Source: an uncultured Clostridia bacterium (GTDB lineage Bacteria > Bacillota > Clostridia > TANB77 > CAG-508). From it: a stretch of 64,000 nt of DNA. The notes below the pieces were generated by a model. It searched no databases, had not been told where the DNA came from, and was given only the letters and a program-made list of their open reading frames with translations. The translations under genes and the position numbers were made by a program. The stretch covers positions 18,684 through 82,683 of the forward strand of contig CAKOUO010000004.1 in NCBI GenBank assembly GCA_934120645.1. The letters are read 5' to 3'. Of the stretch, positions 41,679 through 49,287 are shown piece by piece. The first letter of the stretch is position 1. Each line of letters begins with the position of its first letter.

Positions 41679-42935
41679 TTAAGGTTGTTCACCTAATGTT
41701 ACAGTAATTTCTTTTTCATTTCCATCTCTGTTTACTTTTAGTTTTATTTGATCACCTATTTTATGAGAATTTTTAATTTCATTTAATTCATCCATTTTTG
41801 TTATTTTTTTACCTTCTACTTCTACGATAACATCACCAGCCTTTAAACCAGCTTTTTCAGCTGCTGAAAAGTCATCAACAGATTTTATATATACACCAAC
41901 AACTAAATTATATGTTTTTGCTCGTGTTTCATCTAAGTCAATACCAGATATACCTATATAAGGTCTTTTTACTTTGTTGTATTGTATTAATTGTGAAGTG
42001 ACATCTGTTGTTAAATTAATTGGAATAGCAAAACCTATACCTTCTATACCTGTACCAGATAATTTTAAAGTATTAATTCCAATTACTTTTCCTTCACTAT
42101 TTACTAATGCACCACCACTGTTACCAGAGTTTATAGCGGCATCGGTTTGAATACAAGTATAAGTTTTTCCGTCTGAATCAGTAATTTTTCTATTAACAGC
42201 ACTGACAATACCAGTAGTTACAGTACTATTCATGTTAACAGGATTTCCAACAGCCATTGCAAATTCACCGACTTTTACAGAATCAGAATCAGCAAATTCA
42301 GCAGCAGTTAAACCACTTTTATCAATTTTTATAACAGCTAAATCTGTTTGCTCATCTTGACCAACAATTTTTGCTTCATATTCAGTTTCATCATTAAATA
42401 AGGTAACTGTTACTTTTCCGGCATCTGTAATTTGATAATAAGAATTTGAATCAGTACTACTAGATGAAGATACAACATGATTATTTGTTAATATATATCC
42501 ATCTTCACTAATTATAATACCAGAGCCAGAAGCTGTAGCTGTTGATGAACTATTTCTTCCAAAGAAAGATGAAGTATTAACTGTATATTCAATTTTAATA
42601 CCTACAATAGAAGGTAAAATTTTATTTGCTGCATATACTGCTGTATCTGAATAGTTACTTAATGAAGTTTGAGTTACATATCCAGTAGAGTTTGATGAGT
42701 TATTATTAGATGTACTTATATTTGATGATGTGTTGTTTATTAATTTTGATTTAATAGAAGGAACACCAAAACATGTTCCAATAACAACAGAACATCCAAC
42801 TATACCACTAAAAAATGGTAGTAGAACACTTTTTCCAAATCCAGATGTGTTTTTATTTTTTCCATTTTCATATGTTGTTTTTCCATTTACAGGGATAGCT
42901 GTAAACTTGACATTTTTCTTTTCATTTTCTTCCAT
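41679..42935 (-). CDS. htrA: HtrA/DegP-family serine protease with PDZ domain
   Basis: N-terminal TM, catalytic TNNHVV / DLAVIK / GNSGGALVN, C-terminal PDZ. Confidence 0.9.
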   Translation of the reverse strand: MEENEKKNVKFTAIPVNGKTTYENGKNKNTSGFGKSVLLPFFSGIVGCSVVIGTCFGVPSIKSKLINNTSSNISTSNNNSSNSTGYVTQTSLSNYSDTAVYAANKILPSIVGIKIEYTVNTSSFFGRNSSSTATASGSGIIISEDGYILTNNHVVSSSSSTDSNSYYQITDAGKVTVTLFNDETEYEAKIVGQDEQTDLAVIKIDKSGLTAAEFADSDSVKVGEFAMAVGNPVNMNSTVTTGIVSAVNRKITDSDGKTYTCIQTDAAINSGNSGGALVNSEGKVIGINTLKLSGTGIEGIGFAIPINLTTDVTSQLIQYNKVKRPYIGISGIDLDETRAKTYNLVVGVYIKSVDDFSAAEKAGLKAGDVIVEVEGKKITKMDELNEIKNSHKIGDQIKLKVNRDGNEKEITVTLGEQP

Positions 42936-43128
42936 TTATATGTCCTCCTAAATATTTATTTATGATTTTATCATATCCTAATTATATAGTATAATACAAG
43001 ATTTTTGTGAAATTTTTGTGAAAAAAATGTAAAAGATAAATGATAAAATTTTATTAAAATAAAGTTAGTAAAACTTGAAAATGAGTTTATGAATTGATAT
43101 AATAATGTCAAAAAAGTGGAGGAAAAAA

Positions 43129-43674
43129 ATGAAGAATAATAAAGGAATATCATTAACAACTTTAGTAATTACAATAGTTGTTTTACTTATACTGGCAGGA
43201 ATATCAATACAAACAGGAAGTAAAGCAATAACAAGTTCTAAATTGGAAAATATAAAAACAAATATGTTATTAGTAAAAGTAAAAGCAAAAGAATATACTG
43301 AAAATGCAAACTTTAAACTAGGTACAAGTATAGATTCTTTATCTGAAGAAGAAAAAAGTAGTAGAATAGAGCAAGCAAGAAATGAATTAGTTGGAGAAGA
43401 AATAAAAGATGGAAATATTTTTTCTAATAATGTTAATATAACAACTGAAAACATATTATCAGATAATTCAAACTATATATATTACTATAAATTGTCAAAA
43501 GATAATTTAGAAAGTATGGGATTGAAAGATTTGAAATCAAGTGAAAAAGATGGATGGTATATTATTAAATATGATATAAAAAATGTGCAAGTAGAAATTT
43601 ATAATACAGTAGGATTTGAAAATGATGGAAATAAAACATATTCATTAAGTGAAATAGAACAAATAAGATTATAA
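43129..43674 (+). CDS. small pilin-like protein, third member of the family at 23461/25423
   Basis: MKNNKG|ISLTTLVITIVVLLILAGISIQTG after GTGGAGG. Thr instead of Glu at +5. Confidence 0.6.
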   Translation: MKNNKGISLTTLVITIVVLLILAGISIQTGSKAITSSKLENIKTNMLLVKVKAKEYTENANFKLGTSIDSLSEEEKSSRIEQARNELVGEEIKDGNIFSNNVNITTENILSDNSNYIYYYKLSKDNLESMGLKDLKSSEKDGWYIIKYDIKNVQVEIYNTVGFENDGNKTYSLSEIEQIRL

Positions 43675-43686
43675 AAGGAATAAAAA

Positions 43687-44313
43687 ATGAAAGAAAAAGA
43701 ACTAGAAAGATTAACAAATTTAAAACAAATAGAAAAACAATTACATGAAAAAGGATTTAATTCAATATGTGGCATAGATGAGGCTGGTAGAGGGCCTTTG
43801 GCAGGACCTGTTGTTGTTGCAGGTGTTATTATGCCAAAAGATTCTATGATTGAAGGAGTAAATGATTCTAAAAAAGTTTCTGAAAAGAAAAGAGAATTAT
43901 TATACGATAAAATAATAGAAGAGGCAATTAGTTATTCTGTAGCTATAATAGGACAAGATGTAATAGATGAAATTAATATTTTAAATGCAACCAAACAAGG
44001 AGTTACAAGTGTTGTAAAAGGACTTGATGTAAGACCAGACTTGATTATTATAGATGCACTTCAACATATAGATACAGACGGAGTACCTTATGAATCTATT
44101 ATAAAAGGTGATGCAAAGTGCTATTCAATAGGAGCAGCTTCAATTATTGCCAAAGTTACAAGGGATAGAATTATGAGAGAATGGGATAGTGTGTATCCTC
44201 AATATGGCTTTGCACAACATAAAGGATATGGAACAGCAAAGCACATTGCAGCTATTAAAGAATATGGATTATGTCCTATACACAGAAGAAGTTTTACAGG
44301 ACATTTTATTTAG
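43687..44313 (+). CDS. rnhB: ribonuclease HII
   Basis: GIDEAGRGPLAGPVVVA, DSKK, and size. Confidence 0.9.
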   Translation: MKEKELERLTNLKQIEKQLHEKGFNSICGIDEAGRGPLAGPVVVAGVIMPKDSMIEGVNDSKKVSEKKRELLYDKIIEEAISYSVAIIGQDVIDEINILNATKQGVTSVVKGLDVRPDLIIIDALQHIDTDGVPYESIIKGDAKCYSIGAASIIAKVTRDRIMREWDSVYPQYGFAQHKGYGTAKHIAAIKEYGLCPIHRRSFTGHFI

Positions 44314-44321
44314 GAGAGAAT

Positions 44322-45629
44322 ATGAATATTTTAGAAATAATTGAAAAAAAGAGAGATGGACAAGAATTAAGCAAAAAAGAAATAGAATACTTTGTTAATG
44401 GATATGTAAGTGGCGAGGTAGCTGATTATCAAGCTGCAGCTTTAGTAATGGCAATATTTTTAAATGGAATGACAAAACAAGAAACAACAAATTTAACACT
44501 AAGTATGGCAAATTCAGGAGAAATATTAGATTTAACAAATTTAAACAAAACAATAGTAGATAAACATTCAACAGGAGGAGTTGGAGATAAAGTATCAATA
44601 TGTTTATTACCATTAGTAGCATCACTTGGTGTACCAGTTGCTAAAATGTCTGGAAGAGGATTAGGGTTTACAGGTGGAACAGTTGATAAATTAGAATCAA
44701 TACCAGGTTATAAAACTAATATAGATATTCACAGTTTTGTAAAAAATGTGGAAAACATTGGTATAAGCATGATATCACAGACAATGAATTTAGCACCAGC
44801 TGATAAAAAATTATATGCTTTAAGAGATAGTATATCTTGTGTTGAAAGTATTCCACTTATAGCTTCAAGTATAATGAGTAAAAAAATTGCTAGTGGAGCA
44901 GATAAGATAGTATTAGATGTGACTGTAGGTAAAGGTGCTTTTATGAAAACTCTTAATAAGGCAGAGATTCTTGCAAATGAAATGATTGAAATAGGAAAAT
45001 TAGCCAACAGACAAACAGTATGTATTTTAACAAATATGGAGGAACCTTTGGGACATGCTGTTGGAAATAACCTAGAAGTAATAGAAGCAATTAAATTTTT
45101 AAAAGGGGATATGCCAGAGGACTTAAAAGATGTTGTTTTTGAGCTAGGTGCATATATGATAAAACTAGCAGGTGTAAATGAGGATTTACAAGAAAATAAA
45201 AAAATGATGTTAGATAATATAAAAAATGGAAGAGCTTTTGAAAAGTTTAAAGAATTAGTTAAAAATCAATCTGGAGATATTACATATTTAGATGATGTTG
45301 AAAAATTTGATAAAGCAAAATTTATAGAACCTATTATTGCTAAAAGTGAAGGGTATATACAAGAGATTAATGCAGAAGATATAGGAAAAGTTGCATGTGG
45401 TTTAGGTGCAGGTAGAATAAAAAAAGAAGATAATATAGATTATTCAGTGGGAATAGTACTAAATAAAAAAGTTTCAGATTTTGTTTTAAAAGGTGATGTG
45501 TTGGGATTTGTTTATGCTAATAATATGGATAAATTAGAAGTTGCAAAAAGAGAGTTGGAAAGCATTATAAAAATTTCAGATAAAAAAATAGAAAAGTTAC
45601 CTGTGATATTTGAGATAATAGATAAATAA
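44322..45629 (+). CDS. pdp: pyrimidine-nucleoside (thymidine) phosphorylase
   Basis: MNILEIIEKKRDGQEL..., DKHSTGGVGDK, SGRGLGFTGGTVDKLE. Confidence 0.9.
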   Translation: MNILEIIEKKRDGQELSKKEIEYFVNGYVSGEVADYQAAALVMAIFLNGMTKQETTNLTLSMANSGEILDLTNLNKTIVDKHSTGGVGDKVSICLLPLVASLGVPVAKMSGRGLGFTGGTVDKLESIPGYKTNIDIHSFVKNVENIGISMISQTMNLAPADKKLYALRDSISCVESIPLIASSIMSKKIASGADKIVLDVTVGKGAFMKTLNKAEILANEMIEIGKLANRQTVCILTNMEEPLGHAVGNNLEVIEAIKFLKGDMPEDLKDVVFELGAYMIKLAGVNEDLQENKKMMLDNIKNGRAFEKFKELVKNQSGDITYLDDVEKFDKAKFIEPIIAKSEGYIQEINAEDIGKVACGLGAGRIKKEDNIDYSVGIVLNKKVSDFVLKGDVLGFVYANNMDKLEVAKRELESIIKISDKKIEKLPVIFEIIDK

Positions 45630-45702
45630 AAGAGAAAATTATGTTGAAATTATAGTAAAAAAAGTGTTATAATAATTATAGAATTTTTATGGAGGTAATA
45701 AC

Positions 45703-45849
45703 ATGAAAAAGGATAAAGAACAAAAGGTAAAAAATAAAGAGAAAAAACAATTTGATAGAGGACAAATATTTGTAAAAGTAATGGCTGGAATTTTAGCAGT
45801 TATGATGATTTTAGCAACAGCAGCAACACTAATATACTCATTAATATAA
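45703..45849 (+). CDS. small membrane protein (48 aa; basic N-terminus plus one TM), not in the ORF track
   Basis: GGAGG RBS 7 nt upstream. MKKDKEQKVKNKEKKQFDRGQIFVKVMAGILAVMMILATAATLIYSLI. Confidence 0.5.
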   Translation: MKKDKEQKVKNKEKKQFDRGQIFVKVMAGILAVMMILATAATLIYSLI

Positions 45850-45864
45850 GAAGAAGGTGTATAT

Positions 45865-46797
45865 ATGAATAACACTATAAGTAATAATTGGATAGAATTT
45901 TACAATGAAAATATATTGAAATTTTTCCAGAATCTTAAAGAAAATCCATTTACTGTAATAACAACAATATTAGATTTGGCAATAGTAATATTTTTATTAT
46001 ATTGTTTTTTTAAAGTTGTAAAAGGTTCAAGAGCATGGCAATTAATAAAAGGTATAGCATTTTTAATAATTGCAACATGGGTTAGTGGATTATTAAATTT
46101 AAAAATATTAAATTCAATTTTAACAGGAATAATGAATTGGGGAGTAATTGCATTAGTTGTAATTTTTCAACCGGAGTTAAGAAGAGGTCTAGAGCAATTA
46201 GGAACTAACAAACTAACAAAATTTTTTGGAATTGAAAGTGATTTAGCAACAAAAACTAAAGAAGATGTATATAAGGTAGTAATAGCAGCAACAGAACTTT
46301 CTAAAACAAAAACAGGAGCTTTAATTGTATTTGAAAGAGATATAAATATTCAAGATATTATTGCAACAGGAGTACCAATGAACTCTGAAGTTTCACCACA
46401 ATTATTGGTAAATATATTTGTACCAAAAACACCTTTACATGATGGAGCGGTTGTTATTAGTAATAATAAAATTGCAGCGGCAGCATGTGTATTACCATTA
46501 GCAGATGATACGGATATTGCAAAAGAATTAGGAACTAGACATAGAGCTGCAATAGGAATTTCAAAAGAATCTGATGCAGTAGTTGTTGTAGTTTCTGAGG
46601 AAACAGGAAAAATATCTGTAGCTAAAGATGGCACATTAATTGCTGATGTTAGAGAAGATACATTAAAGAAGATATTAATTAGTAATATAGTAACAAAAAG
46701 ATTTACTGATAAAAAAATTGTAAGAAAAGAAAGAATAAAAGGAAAGAAAAAGATAAAAACAGAAGAAAATTTAAAAGAAGAAAAAATAGAGAAATAA
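45865..46797 (+). CDS. cdaA: diadenylate cyclase CdaA (DisA_N domain, membrane anchored)
   Basis: Three N-terminal TMs, PLHDGAVVI, GTRHRAAIGISEESDA-like motif. No cdaR or glmM downstream. Confidence 0.85.
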   Translation: MNNTISNNWIEFYNENILKFFQNLKENPFTVITTILDLAIVIFLLYCFFKVVKGSRAWQLIKGIAFLIIATWVSGLLNLKILNSILTGIMNWGVIALVVIFQPELRRGLEQLGTNKLTKFFGIESDLATKTKEDVYKVVIAATELSKTKTGALIVFERDINIQDIIATGVPMNSEVSPQLLVNIFVPKTPLHDGAVVISNNKIAAAACVLPLADDTDIAKELGTRHRAAIGISKESDAVVVVVSEETGKISVAKDGTLIADVREDTLKKILISNIVTKRFTDKKIVRKERIKGKKKIKTEENLKEEKIEK

Positions 46798-46798
46798 A

Positions 46799-46824
46799 TA
46801 AAGTCGCTTTATAGCGACTTTTAT
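46799..46824 (+). terminator. rho-independent terminator after cdaA
   Basis: AAGTCGCT ttat AGCGACTT followed by TT. Confidence 0.55.
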
Positions 46825-46845
46825 CTTATAAAGGATAGATTGATT

Positions 46846-47589
46846 ATGAGAAATATAAAATTAATAATAGAATATGATGGAAAAGAATATAATGGATGGC
46901 AAAAACAGCCAAATAAATTGAATATACAAGGCACAATAGAACAAGCAATAAAAAAAGTAACTGGAGAAGATGTTGATTTAATGGCTTCTGGTAGGACAGA
47001 TAGTGGAGTACATGCATTAGGACAAGTTGCTAATTTTAAAACAAATTCTAATATTCCAATTGATAAAATTGCAATAGCATTAAATTCAAATTTGAAAAAA
47101 TCAATTAGAATATTAGAAGCGGAAGAAGTTGATGATAGATTTCATAGTAGATTGACTTGTAAAAGAAAAACATACAGATATATTATTAATAATTCAGAAG
47201 TACAATCAGCCATTTATAGAAATTTAGAAACACATATTCCAATAAAATTAAATGTTGAAAAAATGCAAGAAGGAGCAAAATATTTTGAAGGAGAACATGA
47301 TTTTAAAGCATTTAAAGCAAGTGGAACAAGTAGCAAAAGTAGTGTAAGAACAATATATAAAGCAGAAGTAAAATCTAAGCCTAATAATAGAATATATATA
47401 GAACTAACAGGAAATGGATTTTTATATAATATGGTAAGAATTATAGCAGGAACACTAGTTGAAGTAGGAATGGAAAAAATAGAGCCTAAAGATATAAAGT
47501 CAATAATAGATTCTAAAGATAGAAGCCAAGCTGGCAAAACATTGCCACCACAAGGATTATATTTAGTAAAAGTAGAGTATGAAAATTAG
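46846..47589 (+). CDS. truA: tRNA pseudouridine38-40 synthase
   Basis: IEYDGKEYNGWQKQ, GRTDSGVHALGQV, GNGFLYNMVRI. Confidence 0.9.
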   Translation: MRNIKLIIEYDGKEYNGWQKQPNKLNIQGTIEQAIKKVTGEDVDLMASGRTDSGVHALGQVANFKTNSNIPIDKIAIALNSNLKKSIRILEAEEVDDRFHSRLTCKRKTYRYIINNSEVQSAIYRNLETHIPIKLNVEKMQEGAKYFEGEHDFKAFKASGTSSKSSVRTIYKAEVKSKPNNRIYIELTGNGFLYNMVRIIAGTLVEVGMEKIEPKDIKSIIDSKDRSQAGKTLPPQGLYLVKVEYEN

Positions 47590-47653
47590 AAACATTGTAA
47601 CCTATTGTAAAAAAAAGCATAAAATATAGTAAAAAAGAAAAGGAGAAAAAAGT

Positions 47654-48223
47654 ATGACAAATTTACTAATATTTTTTGCTTTACCAATAGCAACAATAAT
47701 AATATCAATAGCATTACAGAAAATTCTTAAATGTCCGTTTTTAGTTGCAGCAATTATATTTGCAATATTCTTAGTTGTAACATTTATTGTAGGAAATTTA
47801 ATATTCTTGGTAGCTACAATTGCATATACAATACTTGCTTTTATAACAGCAGTTTTAACCAAAATATTTTGTAGAATATTAAGAGAACTTGATGATAGAG
47901 AAAGTAATTGTGGATTTAGAAATGGAAGAAATAGAAATTCTAATAATGAAACTCAATTATTGTCTATAACAGGAAGTTGCGGATGTAATAATAACAATAA
48001 TGATAATGGAAATTTACTTACAATAAGTAGTAATGGATGCAATGGAACAGAAAATGAATTATTAACAATAAATTCAAATTGTAGTAGAAATAATAATAGT
48101 AATAACAATACTTGTTCTTGTGGTACATCAAATAATACTATAGCAGTTAGAGCTAATGTATTTCCAAATAGTAATACAGATGGAAGAACGGGCAGTTTTT
48201 CAGGATGTTTTAGAAGAAGATAA
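47654..48223 (+). CDS. membrane protein with a Cys/Asn-rich repetitive C-terminal region
   Basis: About three TMs, then three LL(S/T)I-x-S-x-C repeats: ETQLLSITGSCGC, GNLLTISSNGCNG, ENELLTINSNCSR. Confidence 0.5.
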   Translation: MTNLLIFFALPIATIIISIALQKILKCPFLVAAIIFAIFLVVTFIVGNLIFLVATIAYTILAFITAVLTKIFCRILRELDDRESNCGFRNGRNRNSNNETQLLSITGSCGCNNNNNDNGNLLTISSNGCNGTENELLTINSNCSRNNNSNNNTCSCGTSNNTIAVRANVFPNSNTDGRTGSFSGCFRRR

Positions 48224-48311
48224 CAAGGAGTGATAATACCCTCCTTGTATTTTTTCTTTTTTTGTGGTATAACTATAAAGATATATAAATGAAGAAAATG
48301 AGGGAAAGTTT

Positions 48312-49181
48312 ATGTTAGAAATTATAAAAGATACACTAATAGATAGTGTAAAGTTGTTACCATTTTTATTTATAACATATTTAATAATGGAATACATTGA
48401 ACACAAAATGAAACATAAATCAAAGGAAGTAATTAAAAAATCAGGTAGATTTGGACCACTCTTAGGAAGTGTTTTAGGAATATTTCCACAATGTGGATTT
48501 TCTGTTTCAGCTACAAATTTATATGCAGGACGAGTTATAACTCTTGGAACATTAATTGCAGTTTACCTTTCTACTTCTGATGAAATGTTACCAATATTTA
48601 TATCAGAAGCTGTTTCACCAATAATAATTTTAAAAATACTTGGAATAAAATTATTAATAGGAATGATATCTGGATTTATTATAGATTTGGTAATAAGTGT
48701 ATTTAATAAAAATAAAGAAAAACAAAATGATGAAGAAGAAGTAATAGGTGATATATGTGAAGAAGAACACTGCCATTGCAATGAAAAAGGAATATTGAAA
48801 TCAGCTTTAAGTCATACAATTAATATATTTTTATTTATTATAATAATAACATTTATAATAAATATTGCTATATATTTTATAGGAGAAGATACAATATCAA
48901 ATTTATTATTAAATAAACCAATACTAGGACCAATTATTTCTGCTTTAATAGGATTAATACCAAATTGTGCTGCTTCTGTAATTATAACAAATATGTATTT
49001 ACAAAAAGTTATATCTTTTGGAAGTATGATTGCAGGTTTATTAACAGGGGCTGGTGTTGGACTAGCTGTGTTATTTAAGACAAATCATAAGATTAAAGAA
49101 AATATAAGTATAATAGCTTTATTATATGTAATAGGAGTAATTTCAGGAGTTATAATTGATTTATTAAAAGTAGCAATATAA
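48312..49181 (+). CDS. putative 10-TM metal exporter (ArsP_2 / putative manganese transporter family)
   Basis: GIFPQCGFSVSATNLY, YLSTSDEMLP, a second half GLIPNCAASV, and a central Cys/His/Glu-rich loop ICEEEHCHCNEKG. Confidence 0.6.
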   Translation: MLEIIKDTLIDSVKLLPFLFITYLIMEYIEHKMKHKSKEVIKKSGRFGPLLGSVLGIFPQCGFSVSATNLYAGRVITLGTLIAVYLSTSDEMLPIFISEAVSPIIILKILGIKLLIGMISGFIIDLVISVFNKNKEKQNDEEEVIGDICEEEHCHCNEKGILKSALSHTINIFLFIIIITFIINIAIYFIGEDTISNLLLNKPILGPIISALIGLIPNCAASVIITNMYLQKVISFGSMIAGLLTGAGVGLAVLFKTNHKIKENISIIALLYVIGVISGVIIDLLKVAI

Positions 49182-49221
49182 AAAAGTTGTCAAGAGGGAC
49201 GTCCCTTTTTGACAACTTTTT
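49181..49221. repeat. GACGTC-core quasi-palindromic element, copy B
   Basis: AAAAAGTTGTCAAGAGGGAC|GTCCCTTTTTGACAACTTTTT directly after the stop codon. Confidence 0.8.
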
Positions 49222-49250
49222 TTATTGTTTCTATAATTTTATAAAAATTT

Positions 49251-49287
49251 AAAAGTTGTCAAAAAGGGGCGTCCCTCTTGACAACTT
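49251..49287. repeat. GACGTC-like-core quasi-palindromic element, copy C (reverse complement of copy B with one mismatch)
   Basis: AAAAGTTGTCAAAAAGGGGC|GTCCCTCTTGACAACTT, overlapping the stop of the minus-strand ATPase gene. Confidence 0.8.
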
